A program made the translations under genes and the position numbers. A stretch of DNA of 64,000 nucleotides from Antedon mediterranea (lineage: Eukaryota; Animalia; Echinodermata): contig NC_092679.1 in the NCBI RefSeq assembly GCF_964355755.1, positions 14,305,432 to 14,369,431 on the forward strand. The letters run 5' to 3'. Under the pieces are notes generated by a model. It saw only the letters and a list, made by a program, of their open reading frames with translations. It was not told where the DNA came from and ran no database searches. Below are positions 11,713-24,402 of the stretch, in pieces; position 1 is the stretch's first letter; the number at the start of each line of letters is the position of its first letter.

Positions 11713-13089
11713 GTAAGTGCTGGCCTAGTTGTTTACAGCCTTAGTAAAACTATAACCATGATAATGATTGTTTTCTGCACTATGGCAAAAATAACATAAT
11801 AAAGAACACATAGTAAGTAAAAAGAAATCATAGTATTAAAGTAGAATTAGTTTAGAATTCGATAGACAATAGCCATTGGTATAATTTAGAAGGCAAAACA
11901 TCACTTCCAGTAAGGAATATGTTTTAATTAGCGGTTATGCAATTCGTTCTACGACATAAAATAAGACAGTCAACACAGGCGGTTTGCATGCAACCCGGAG
12001 ATTTGTTAGGCGATATAAATGATGTGAGTGTTTTGAGTAGGCAATTTCAACCACACTGTGCTAATATCAGTGGTTCATTCAGGAATATGAAAATAGGAGG
12101 CCAATAATTGCAACGACCCATCTATGACTATTACTGTATCTCAAGTAATTCGTGTCGTGTCGACAGTAGATGTTATGTATCTATATGTTGTTGGTTTTAA
12201 CAGCAATGTCACGAAAACGTGACCATCACCTGTCCCACAAAACCACAACAGTGTGATAGTTGAGGATACAGTGCTATACCTAAAACCCACAGGTTTAACG
12301 AACATAGCATTTTTGTGTCATAGATTAGAATATACCTTTCGGATATAGACTAGACTAATAATAATGTAGCCTATTATTCTTAGCGGATTTTAACAACAAA
12401 AATAAACCAGTAAAGTACAAGGGCACTCGTCGTGTTAATTCCAGAGTTTTAGTCGGGGGTTCCATTTTAGAAACGACTGAATTTAAGCGCTAATGTTATG
12501 TTCGTGTTTATCATGGAACACGATTAATTATGCATTGGTACGCCGGATCTACAAATACCATGCCGGGCCGCTAAACAAACAGTCTTTAGTCAACTGTATC
12601 AAATGATCACGCCGTTAAAGTTTTAATTATTTACACCTATCCTTGGAACATAATGTATTTTGTAAATCACGGTTTGGCTCAGTGAGCAAATCGCCGTGAC
12701 CATTGGTATATCAATGCTTAGTAGGTTCGAGTTCAATCCGCGACATGTGTGATAATTAAGTATCACCGTTTAAAGCTAAAAATCAAAGCTAGACCACAAT
12801 GTAATTACAAAACTAGCAAAAAAGATACGAAAAGATACACACCAAAAAATTGAAAAAAAAAACCCCAAAACATGAAAAAAAAAATGTAATGAACACAAAA
12901 AAACAAAACATTGTCACTTTCTGAGGCGCACCCCAAATCCAGTATTGCTTTCATTTTATAGCTTACAGATATTTCAAAGTAAAGAAATTCTCCGTGTATA
13001 ACAAAATTAATGGCCGGCCGTAAGTAGTCTCAAATTGTATTGTTGACAATTTGTTTGTTTAAAAAAAACAATTTGTCAGGGGCCGGGAA

Positions 13090-13418
13090 GCGATTTTTTA
13101 TTTCGTTCAGAAGTTAGGGCCCCTTATGTGAAAGATAGCCGAACTACTTAAGTTCCTAAATATAACTAAACTTAACCCTCTAAATAATCTCTCTCTCTCT
13201 CACTATAAAGTAAAAAGAACTTGCTCATCAGATTCGAACCCCATACATCGACATGTAAAGTCCATAGCCTAATCCACTCGACTACACCGACAGCTCGACA
13301 GAAAACCTTTTTTAGCGAATTGTTAGCTCATTTCTAACGTAGCTTATGGAAATATGAATATTCATGTTTATTTTGTGACGTCTCATGAGGGGTCTTTATG
13401 TATGAAAAGAAATATCGT
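13090..13418. mobile_element. Old MITE related to the 49295-50196 element, carrying a tRNA-derived segment
   Basis: Starts GCGATTTTTTATTTCGT, ends ATTCATGTTTATTTTGTGACGTCTCATGAGGGGTC...ATATCGT; imperfect 9-bp TSD ggccgggaa/agacgggaa; A/B-box sequence on - at 13221-13292. Confidence 0.65.
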
Positions 13419-14972
13419 AGACGGGAAAAGTACGCATTTATTATACATAATAATCATGCGAATTATTAATAAGGTAGACCACAATTTAATTACGAAAGTA
13501 GCAAGTACGTAAAAAATCCCCCATACAAAAAAATTAACCAGTAAAATAAAAATAAAATGTAAATAAATAAACTTAACAATTCGTGTTTCCGCAGCAATGT
13601 GTTTTTCATTAGATTTTTGTCCACTTTATTTACCTCTTATACGTATCAAATAATTGAATACACCACGAAGAACACCGAAAATAATATAGTTTGGCATTTT
13701 TATACTTTCGTTATCATCTAATTTACACAGAACAATATTTCTTTAGCGTCTTTTATTTTCCAGTCAAAACTAAAGTCAATGTTCCATATCCACTCTACTA
13801 TTGCTTTAATTTTTTAGCCTACATAAATTGAAGTGAAGGAATAGTGTATAACAAACCAATGGCCGTAAATACAGTAGTTCCGAATTTTATTCGTGATACA
13901 ATTTGTTTTTATTTTAATAATTTGTCAAAGTATTTTATCAAAGTGCGCTGTTATTATACACATATTAAGGCAGAAAAAGACCGTGCGGAGCACGGGTTAC
14001 TGCTAGTTCTTGATTATTTCAAATAAAATATTATAGGCCTGGACAAAAAAAAAAATAATTTCCCACACCGGGAATCGAACCTGGGCCGCGGCGGTGAAAA
14101 CGCTGAATCCTAACCACTAGACCATATGGGAAAACGTGAGAAACCCCTAAATAGCGCTAATATTGGTGTTCCGGTTTTTCATGGAACACAATTTATTATC
14201 AGTACATTTTATTGAAATAAACATTGCATAATAGGCTACGATCAACGAGAAAGACACACCGCCCTCGATAGCTCAGTTGGTAGAGCGGAGGACTGTAGAG
14301 GAGTTAAATAATTGGTTTCCTAGGTCGCTGGTTCAAATCCGGCTCGAGGGAAAGTTTTTTATTCACATTTGTCTTGGTTTAATTTACCCAGTCTTGTTTA
14401 TTTCAAACAAAATCTTATAGACAAGAAATAAAATAAATTCCCACACCGGGAATCGAACCCGGGCCGCGGCGGTGAGAGCGCCGAATCCTAACCACTAGAC
14501 CATATGGGAAAACTTGAGGGACCTACAATTTAAGCGCTAATGTTGTTGTTCATGTTTATCATGGAACACGATAAATTATGAATTGGTATCCTTGGGTCAC
14601 TGGTTCAAATCCGACTCGAGGGAAAATTTTTATTCCCAATTTCCTTTGTATTTTATTGAAAATGAATTTGGAAAAGATTCTACAATCTTTGGATAATTTA
14701 CCCATTCTTGATTATTTCAAATAAAATATTATAGGCCTAGACAAGAAATAAAATAATTTCCCACACCGGGAATCGAACCCGAGCCGCGGCGGTGAAAACG
14801 CCGAATCCTAACCACTAGACCATATGTGAAAACTTCAGGAACCCTCAATTTAAGCACTAATGTTGTTGTTCATGTTTAGCATGGAACACGATTAATTATG
14901 AATTGGTATCCTTGGGTCACTGGTTCAAATCTGACCCGAGGGAAGATTTTTATTCCCATTTTCATTTGTTTT

Positions 14973-15034
14973 TTATTTACATCCGCCAAGGAGGTAATTT
15001 AATCATCGCGTGTGTTTGTTTGAGTGGCTTTCTA
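14973..15034. mobile_element. Short DINE-1/Helentron-like fragment inserted in an array spacer
   Basis: TTTACATCCGCCAAGGAGGTAATTTAATCATCGCGTGTGTTTGTTTG, absent from other units. Confidence 0.45.
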
Positions 15035-15971
15035 GTTGATAATGAATTTAGAAAAGATTTTACAGTCTTGGGATAATTTACCCATTCTTGATTATTTCAA
15101 ATAAAATATTATAGGCCTAGACAAGAAATAAAATAATTTCCCACACCGGAAATCGAACCCGAGCCGCGGCGGTGAGAGCGCCGAATCCTAACCACTAGAA
15201 CATAATGGGAAAACTTGAGAAACGCTAATATTGGTGTTCCTGTTTATCAAGGCACACGATTTATTATCAGTACATTTTATTGAAATAAACATTGCATAAT
15301 AGGCTACGATCAACGAGAGAGACACACCGCCCTCGATAGCAGTTGGTAGAGCGGAGGACTGTAGAGTTTAATAATTGGTATCCTTAGGTCGCTGGTTCAA
15401 ATCCGGCTCGAGGGAACATTTTTATTCAATTTTTTCTTTTTTTTTCATTGATAATGAATTTTAAAACGATTTTACAGTCTTGAGATAATTTACCCATTCT
15501 TGATTATTTCAAATAAAATATTATAGGCCTAGACAAGAAATAAAATAATTTCCCACACCGGAAATCGAACCCGGGCCGCGGCGGTGAAAACGCCGAATCC
15601 TAACCACTAGACCATATGGAAAAACTTGAGAAACCCCTAAATTTAGGCGCTAATATTGGTGTTCGGGTTTATCATGGAACACGATTCATTATCAGTACAT
15701 TTTATTGAAATAAACATTCCATAATAGGTTACAATCAACGAGAGAGACACACCGCCCTCGATAGCTCAATTGGTAGAGCGGAGGACTGTAGAGTTAAAAA
15801 ATTGGTATCCTTAGGTCGCTGGTTCAAATCCGGCTCTAGGGAAAATTTTTTATTCAATTTTTTCTTTATTTTTCATTGATAATGAATTTTAAAACGATTT
15901 TACAGTCTTGAGATAATTTACCCATTCTTGTTTATTTCAAACAAAATCTAATAGACAAGGAATAAAATAAT

Positions 15972-16043
15972 TTCCCACACCGGGAATCGAACCCGGGCCG
16001 CGGCGGTGAGAGCGCCGAATCCTAACCACTAGACCATATGGGA
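15972..16043 (-). tRNA. tRNA-Glu(CTC), representative array copy
   Basis: Reverse complement TCCCATATGGTCTAGTGGTTAGGATTCGGCG-CTCTCAC-CGCCGCGGCCCGGGTTCGATTCCCGGTGTGGGAA. Confidence 0.96.
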
Positions 16044-16598
16044 AAACTTGAGAAACCCCTAAATTTAAGCGCTAATATTGGTGTTCTTGTTTTTCATGGA
16101 ACACAATTCATTATCAGTACATTTTATTGAAATAAACATTCCATAATAGGCTACGATTAACGAGAGAGACACCGCCCTCGATAGCTCAGTTGGTAGAGCG
16201 GAGGACTGTAGAGTTTAATAATTGGTATCCTTAGGTCGCTGGTTCAAATTCGGCTCGAGGGAACATTTTTTATTCAATTTTTTCTTTATTTTTCATTGAT
16301 AATGAATTTTAAAACGATTTTACAGTCTTGAGATAATTTACCCATTCTTGTTTATTTCAAACAAAATCTAATAGACAAGGAATAAAATAATTTCCCACAC
16401 CGGGAATCGAACCCGGGCCGCGGCGGTGAAAACGCTGAATCCTAACCACTAGACCATATGGGAAAACTTGAGAAACCCCTAAATTTAGGCGCTAATATTG
16501 GTGTTCGGGTTTATCATGGAACACGATTCATTATCAGTACATTTTATTGAAAAAAACATTCCATAATAGGTTACGATCAACGAGAGAGAGAGACACCG

Positions 16599-16686
16599 CC
16601 CTCGATAGCTCAGTTGGTAGAGCGGAGGACTGTAGAGTTAAAAAATTGGTATCCTTAGGTCGCTGGTTCAAATCCGGCTCGAGGGA
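16599..16686 (+). tRNA. tRNA-Tyr(GTA) with 15-nt intron, representative array copy
   Basis: 73-nt mature sequence plus intron agttaaaaaattggt; terminator TTTTTT. Confidence 0.97.
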
Positions 16687-17241
16687 ACATTTTTTATTCA
16701 ATTTTTTCTTTATTTTTCATTGATAATGAATTTTAAAACGATTTTACAGTCTTGAGATAATTTACCCATTCTTGTTTATTTCAAACAAAATCTAATAGAC
16801 AAGGAATAAAATAATTTCCCAAACCGGGAATCGAACCCGGGCCGCGGCGGTGAGAGCGCCGAATCCTAACCACTAGACCATATGGGAAACTTGAGAAACC
16901 CCTAAATTTAAGCGCTAATATTGGTGTTCTAGTTTTTCATGGAACACGATTCATTATCAGTAAATTTTATTGAAATAAACATTCCATAATAGGCTACGAT
17001 TAACGACAGAGAGACACCGCCCTCGATAGCTCAGTTGGTAGAGCGGAGGACTGTAGAGTTTAATAATTGGTATCCTTAGGTCGCTGGTTCAAATCCGGCT
17101 CGAGGGAACATTTTTATTCAATTTTTTCTTTATTTTTCATTGACAATGAATTTTAAAACGATGTTACAGTCTTGAGATAATTTACCCATTCTTGTTTATT
17201 TCAAATAAAAAATTATAGGCCTACCCAAGAAATAAAATAAT

Positions 17242-17313
17242 TTCCCACACCGGGAATCGAACCCGGGCCGCGGCGGTGAAAACGCCGAATCCTAACCACT
17301 AGACCATATGGGA
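17242..17313 (-). tRNA. tRNA-Glu(TTC), representative array copy
   Basis: Same body as the CTC copy with anticodon loop TTTTCAC. Confidence 0.95.
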
Positions 17314-20300
17314 AAACTTGAGAAACCCCTAAATGTAGGCGCTAATATTGGTGTTCGGGTTTTTCATGGAACACGATTCATTATCAGTACATTTTCTTGA
17401 AATAAACATTCCATAATAGGTTACGATCAACGAGAGAGAGACGCCGCCCTCGATAGCTCAGTTGGTAGAGCGGAGGACTGTAGAGTTAAAAAATTGGTAT
17501 CCTTAGGTCGCTGGTTCAAATCCGGCTCGAGGGAACATTTTTTATTCAAGTTTTTCTTTATTTTTCATTGATAATGAATTTTGAAACGATTTTACAGTCT
17601 TGAGATAATTTACCCATTCTTGTTTATTTCAAACAAAATCTAATAGACAAGGAATAAAATAATTTCCCACACCGGGAATCGAAACCGGGCCGTGGCGGTG
17701 AGAGCGCCGAATCCTAACCACTAGACCATATGGGAAAACTTGAGAAACCCCTAAATTTAAGCGCTTATATTGGTGTTCGTGTTTTTCATGGAACACAATT
17801 CATTATCAGTACATTTTATTGAAATAAACATTCCATAATAGGTTACGATCAACGAGAGAGACACACCGCCCTCGATAGCTCAGTTGGTAGAGCGGAGGAC
17901 TGTAGGGTTAAAAAATTGGTATCCTTAGGTCGCTGGTTCAAATCCGGCTCGAGGGAACATTTTTTATTCAAGTTTTTCTTTATTTTTCATTGATAATGAA
18001 TTTTGAAAGGATTTTACAGTCTTGAGATAATTTACCCATTCTTGTTTATTTCAAACAAAATCTAATAGACAAGGAATAAAATAATTTCCCACACCGGGAA
18101 TCGAAACCGGGCCGCGGCGGTGAGAGCGCCGAATCCTAACCACTAGACCATATGGGAAAACTTGAGAAACCCCTAAATTTAAGCGCTAATATTGGTGTTC
18201 TTGTTTTTCATGAAACACGATTCATTATCAGTACATTTTATTGAAATAAACATTCCATAATAGGCTACGATCAACGAGAGAGACACACCGCCCTCGATAG
18301 CTCAGTTGGTAGAGCGGAGGACTGTAGAGTTTAATAATTGGTATCCTTAGGTCGCTGGTTCAAATCCGGCTCGAGGGAACATTTTTTATTCAATTTTTTC
18401 TTTATTTTTCATTGATATTAATAATGAATTTTAAAACGATTTTACAGTCTTGAGATAATTTACCCACTCTTGTTTATTTCAAACAAAATCTAATAGACAA
18501 GGAATAAAATAATTTCCCACACCGGGAATCGAACCCGGGCCGCGGCGGTGAGAGTACCGAATCCTAACCACTAGACCATATGGGAAAACTTGAGAAACCC
18601 CTAAATTTAAGCGCTAATATTGGTGTTCTAGTTTTTCATGGAACACGATTCATTATCAGTACATTTTATTGAAATAAACATTCCATAATAGGCTACGATT
18701 AACGACAGAGAGACACCGCCCTCGATAGCTCAGTTGGTAGAGCGGAGGACTGTAGAGTTTAATAATTGGTATCCTTAGGTGGCTGGTTCAAATCCGGCTC
18801 GAGGGAACATTTTTATTCAATTTTTTTTTTATTTTTCATTGACAATGAATTTTAAAACGATGTTACAGTCTTGAGATAATTTACCCATTCTTGTTTATTT
18901 CAAATAAAATATTATAGGCCTAGACAAGAAATAAAATAATTTCCCACACCGGGAATCGAACCCGGGCCGCGGCGGTGAAAACGCCGAATCCTAACCACTA
19001 GTCCATATGGGAAAACTTGAGAAACCCCTAAATATAGGCGCTAATATTGGTGTTCGGGTTTTTCATGGAACACGATTCATTATCAGTACATTTTCTTGAA
19101 ATAAACATTCCATAATAGGTTACGATCAACAAGAGAGAGACGCCGCCCTCGATAGCTCAGTTGGTAGAGCCGAGGACTGTAGAGTTAAAAAATTGGTATC
19201 CTTAGGTCGCTGGTTCAAATCCGGCTCGAGGGAACACTTTTTATTCAATTTTTTCTTTATTTTTCATTGATAATGAATTTTAAAACGATTTTACAGTCTT
19301 GAGATTATTTACCCATTCTTGTTTATTTCAAACAAAATCTAATAGACAAGGAATAACATAATTTCCCACACCGGGAATCGAACCCGGGCCGCGGCGGTGA
19401 GAGCGCCGAATCCTAACCACTAGACCATATGGGAAAACTTGAGAAACCCCTAAATTTAAGCGCTAATATTGGTGTTCGTGTTTTTCATGGAACACGATTC
19501 ATTATCAGTACATTTTATTGAAATAAACATTCCATAATAGGTTACGATCAACGACAGAGAGACATCGCCCTCGATAGCTCAGTTGGTAGAGCGGAGGACT
19601 GTAGAGTTAAAAAATTGGTATCCTTAGGTCGCTGGTTCAAATCCGGCTCTAGGGAACATTTTTTATTCAATTTTTTCTTTATTTGTCATTGATAATGAAT
19701 TTTAAAACGATTTTACAGTCTTCAGATAATTTACCCATTCTTGTTTATTTCAAACAAAATCTAATAGACAAGGAATAAAATAATTTCCCACACCGGGAAT
19801 CGAACCCGGGCCGCGGCGGTGAGAACGCCGAATCCTAACCACTAGACCATATGGGAAAACTTGAGAAACCCCTAAATTTAGGCGCTAATATTGGTGTTAC
19901 TGTTTATCATGGAACACGATTCATTATCAGTACATTTTATTGAAATAAACATTCCATAATAGGTTACGATCAACGAGAGAGAGACACCGCCTTCGATAGC
20001 TCAGTTGGTAGAGCGGAGGACTGTAGAGTTAAAAAATTGGTATCCTTAGGTCGCTGGTTCAAATCCGGCTCGAGGGAACATTTTTTATTCAATTTTTCTT
20101 TATTTTTCATTGATATTAATAATGAATTTTAAAACGATTTTACAGTCTTGAGATAATTTACCCATTCTTGTTTATTTCAAACAAAATCTAATAGACAATG
20201 AATAAAATAATTTTCCACACCGGGAATCGAACCCGGGCCGCGGCGGTGAGAACGCCGAATCCTAACCACTAGACCCTATGGGAAAACTTGAGAAACCCCT

Positions 20301-21300
20301 AAATTTAGGCGCTAATATTGGTGTTCGTGTTTATCATGGAACACGATTCATTATCAGTACATTTTATTGAAATAAACATTCCATAATAGGTTACGATCAA
20401 CGAGAGAGAGACACCGCCCTCGATAGCTCAGTTGGTAGAGCGGAGGACTGTAGAGTTAAAAAATTGGTATCCTTAGGTCGCTGGTTCAAATCCGGCTCGA
20501 GGGAACATTTTTTATTCAATTTTTTCTTTATTTTTCATTGATATTAATAATGAATTTTAAAACGATTTTACAGTCTTCAGATAATTTACCCATTCTTGTT
20601 TATTTCAAACAAAATCTAATAGACAAGGAATAAAATAATTTCCCACTCCGGGAATCGAACCCGGGCCGCGGCGGTGAGAGCGCCGAATCCTAACCACTAG
20701 ACCATATGGGAAAACTTGAGAAACCCCTAAATTTAGGCTCTAATATTGGTGTTCGGGTTTTTCATGGAACACGATTCATTATCAGTACATTTTATTGAAA
20801 TAAACATTCCATAATAGGTTACGATCAACGAGAGAGAGAGACACCGCCCTCGATAGCTCAGTTGGTAGAGCGGAGGACTGTAGAGTTAAAAAATTGGTAT
20901 CCTTAGGTCGCTGGTTCAAATCCGGCTCGAGGGAACATTTTTTATTCAATTTTTTCTTTATTTTTCATTGATATTAATAATGAATTTTAAAACGATTTTA
21001 CAGTCTTGAGATAATTTACCCATTCTTGTTTATTTCAAACAAAATCTAATAGACAAGGAATAAAATAATTTCCCACACCGGGAATCGAACCCGGGCCGCG
21101 GCGGTGAGAGCGCCGAATCCTAACCACTAGACCATATGGGAAAACTTGAGAAACCCCTAAATTTAAGCGCTAATATTGGTGTTCTAGTTTTTCATGGAAC
21201 ACGATTCATTATCAGTACATTTTATTGAAATAAACATTCCATAATAGGCTACGATTAACTTTTTACCTTGATTTACCTTGACCTTTAGACTATAAACCTG

Positions 21301-24300
21301 TTAAGGTTTGTGAGCCCCTCTTTGAATATCTTGGTTATATGGCTCAAACTTTAGGTTGTGGGTTTTCCAGTGTGTTTCAATATAGGTTTTAAAATTATTT
21401 ATAGAGGATGCATTTACTATATGATATGGCAAACTATTCCAATCATTTACTGCAGATATTGAAAAGAATTTCTGTCTGTGTTTCGATTTACTATGAACTT
21501 TTTTAATTTTAAAATTGTGGCCTCTAGTTACAGTAGATGGTGCTAATTCAAAAAAGACACCCGGATTAACATTATCATACTTTTGTATCATTCTAAAAAT
21601 CTGTAAGCAGTAACACCTCTTTCTTCGAAATGCTAATGATGGCAGTTTCATAAATTTCATTCGGTCACTATATGGTTGAGTTTTAATTTCCACAGCAAGT
21701 TTTGTGGCTCTTTGCTGAACTTTTTCTAAGAGAATAGAATCACCAACAAACTGAGGAAGACAAGCCGTACTAGAATATTCTAAAATCGGTCTAACCATTG
21801 ATTTATAAAGGATAGACACTAAATGACTGTCTAAATATTCAAAGGTTCTCTTAATTAAACCAAGTCTAGAGTTAGCCTTTTTAACAACTTCAACGATATG
21901 ATCATGAAAATTCAATTTATTATCAACTAAAACACCAAGATCTCTCATCTGAGTTACAACTCCCAACTGAATTCTATCTGAACCTGTTCCCATAAAGTAT
22001 GTTGTGTTCAAGGATTTTTTACCGAGATGCATAACCTTACATTTATTAATATTAAAGGGCAACTGCCACTTTACTGACCATTTATACATCTTATCAATGT
22101 CCGCCTGAAAATCAAGAGCATCTATGTCTGAATCAACAGCTTTGTATGTCTTTGAATCATCAGCAAACAAAAAAAGAGGTGACTTAACTAATTGAGGCAG
22201 ATCGTTGATAAATATTGTAAAGCAGATTACACCATATACACTCCCTTGAGGAATACCACTCTGGACCGATATCCAATCCGAAACTTCGCCATTTACCACC
22301 ACTCGCTGGACACGATTTGACAAGTATATTTTAGTCCATTTCAACAATTCACCACGAATACCATATGTATGCATTTTATGGAGAAGTCTTTCATGTGGAA
22401 CAGAGTCAAAAGCTTTTTGAAAATCACAGTACAAGATATCGACAGAGTGTCCTTCATCTATCATTGAAGACCATTTCTCAGTGGCCTCAAGCAGTTGCGT
22501 GTTGCAGTATCTTCCCTTGCGAAACCCATGTTGTTCGTTACAAAATAGTTTATTATCTTCCATATGTTTCGATATTTCATTCTTGATGAATGCCTCCATG
22601 GTTTTACATAGTATTGACGTTAAACTCACTGGCCTATAGTTTAGAGGATTAGTTTTACAGCCTTTCTTATAGATTGATGAAACATTAGCTTGCCTCCATT
22701 GTTCAGGAATAGTTCCCTCATGTAAAAGCTTGGAAAATAAAGTGCTGAGAATTGGACTAATTTCATTTGCCGTTTCTTTTAAAAGTCGAGAGTGCACACC
22801 ATCTGGTCCTGGAGACTTACAAATGTCTAATGCTAATAGGTGCTTTCGAATTTCATTCTCCGGAAATGCAACAGTATACAAAGGTTCGACTTCATGATCA
22901 AGGTTAAGTTTAAGCACGGGAATGTCAGAAATATTTTCTTTAGTAAAAACTGTTGCAAATGCTTGGTTTAAGAGTGCAGCTTTTTGTCTATCATCTACAA
23001 TCAGTTCTCCTCTCTCGTCTTTTAATGCAGAAATGCCCGTCTTTTTGCCAGTTTTCTCCTTATAATATTTCCAGAAACTCTTAGGATTCACTTTTATCTC
23101 GGATGCCAACTTGCATTCAAAACTTTTCTTCGCTTTTTTTATTGCCTTATTTGTCTCATTTCTAACTTTAATATAAGCATTCCATCTTTCCGGTGTTCTT
23201 CTACTCTGATATCTATTCCATGCTTTATGTTTCTGTTTAACTATAGACACTGTTTCGACGTTCATCCACTGCTTCTTATACCTTTTAGTTTTAGACCTTA
23301 AAGGAACATACTGTAAAATACAGAAATCTAACAGGGAATAGAGAGAATTACCAATAGAAACACCATCAAGTTCATACATATCAATATTTAGTTTCGATTC
23401 TTTTATTTTAGTTCTAATAGCTTCGTAGTTGGCTTTGTAGTAATTTCTTGTAGGAGTGACATTTTCTTTTTCTATAAAACTTAAAGCAAGATTAAAGGTT
23501 AAAACAACATGGTCACTCTTTCCCAATGGTGCACTACTAATAAGATCACAAACATCAAACTCTTCCCTTGAAAGTACTAAATCTAGTATATTAGATTCTT
23601 CTCCAGTACGATGTCTTGTCGGACAGTCTACATGTTGATGCCACATTAAATCATCGATTAAATCGGTAAATTTTTGGTTCACATTATGTGATAACCCTTT
23701 GCTACTCCTGTTTATCCCTTTAAAATTAAAATCGCCAGCAACAATCATATGATCAGCCCTGTACTTTTCTGCTGCAACCAAAATATCTTTTAAATCCTCA
23801 AATTTGTCCGCGTGACTACTTGGACTGCGATAAATACAACCAATTAAAACATTAATATCATTTAATTTAATATTCACAAATATATTCTCATCAAAACCAC
23901 CTATGTCAACCTGAAATACAGTCAATGCATCTTTTACTAGGATCGCGACTCCTCTATGTTCCAGTTTACTAAATAAATTATAACCTTCTAAATTAAAAAT
24001 GTTCTCATCAATTTCATACAGATAATGTTTAGGTAATATTTCATTTAAGATTATAATATCCGGTTTAAGCTGATTTATTCTTATTCGGAGTTCTGCGATT
24101 TTGTTAGTTAATGTATCACAATTAGTGTAAAAAAAAGAAAGATTATCTCTGTCAATGTTGATAATGTTATTTCTTCGATAATTAAAATTAAAAGTATTAT
24201 TTCCTAAATTATAATTACTTTCTGTGTTTATTTTCTTTGTGTTATTAGTGTTGTGCCTGGTATTGTTTGACCTGAGGGTTGTGGTTTGGGCTTGTCCGAA

Positions 24301-24309
24301 AGGGCACCT
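21301..24309 (-). CDS. CR1 ORF2, APE endonuclease + reverse transcriptase (frame open stop-to-stop, no N-terminal AUG)
   Basis: The frame stays open 128 codons upstream of the called TTG at 23925 and encodes FFYTNCDTLTNK...PDIIILNE; GDFN, SDH, PQGS and FADD motifs. Confidence 0.92.
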   Translation of the reverse strand, partial: RCPFGQAQTTTLRSNNTRHNTNNTKKINTESNYNLGNNTFNFNYRRNNIINIDRDNLSFFYTNCDTLTNKIAELRIRINQLKPDIIILNEILPKHYLYEIDENIFNLEGYNLFSKLEHRGVAILVKDALTVFQVDIGGFDENIFVNIKLNDINVLIGCIYRSPSSHADKFEDLKDILVAAEKYRADHMIVAGDFNFKGINRSSKGLSHNVNQKFTDLIDDLMWHQHVDCPTRHRTGEESNILDLVLSREEFDVCDLISSAPLGKSDHVVLTFNLALSFIEKENVTPTRNYYKANYEAIRTKIKESKLNIDMYELDGVSIGNSLYSLLDFCILQYVPLRSKTKRYKKQWMNVETVSIVKQKHKAWNRYQSRRTPERWNAYIKVRNETNKAIKKAKKSFECKLASEIKVNPKSFWKYYKEKTGKKTGISALKDERGELIVDDRQKAALLNQAFATVFTKENISDIPVLKLNLDHEVEPLYTVAFPENEIRKHLLALDICKSPGPDGVHSRLLKETANEISPILSTLFSKLLHEGTIPEQWRQANVSSIYKKGCKTNPLNYRPVSLTSILCKTMEAFIKNEISKHMEDNKLFCNEQHGFRKGRYCNTQLLEATEKWSSMIDEGHSVDILYCDFQKAFDSVPHERLLHKMHTYGIRGELLKWTKIYLSNRVQRVVVNGEVSDWISVQSGIPQGSVYGVICFTIFINDLPQLVKSPLFLFADDSKTYKAVDSDIDALDFQADIDKMYKWSVKWQLPFNINKCKVMHLGKKSLNTTYFMGTGSDRIQLGVVTQMRDLGVLVDNKLNFHDHIVEVVKKANSRLGLIKRTFEYLDSHLVSILYKSMVRPILEYSSTACLPQFVGDSILLEKVQQRATKLAVEIKTQPYSDRMKFMKLPSLAFRRKRCYCLQIFRMIQKYDNVNPGVFFELAPSTVTRGHNFKIKKVHSKSKHRQKFFSISAVNDWNSLPYHIVNASSINNFKTYIETHWKTHNLKFEPYNQDIQRGAHKP

Positions 24310-24402
24310 TCACAATCTCGTAATTTCTTATCATTAAATTGGTCTCACCAGTTTGCTCTCTTCTCTCTTTCTCGACTTTCAGCGTATTAAACCGGTCACG
24401 AT

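Noticed and set aside
12670-12750. Possible tRNA or SINE head (TGGCTCAGTG...GGTTCGAGT)
   Set aside because: No cloverleaf and no definable boundaries; too degenerate to call
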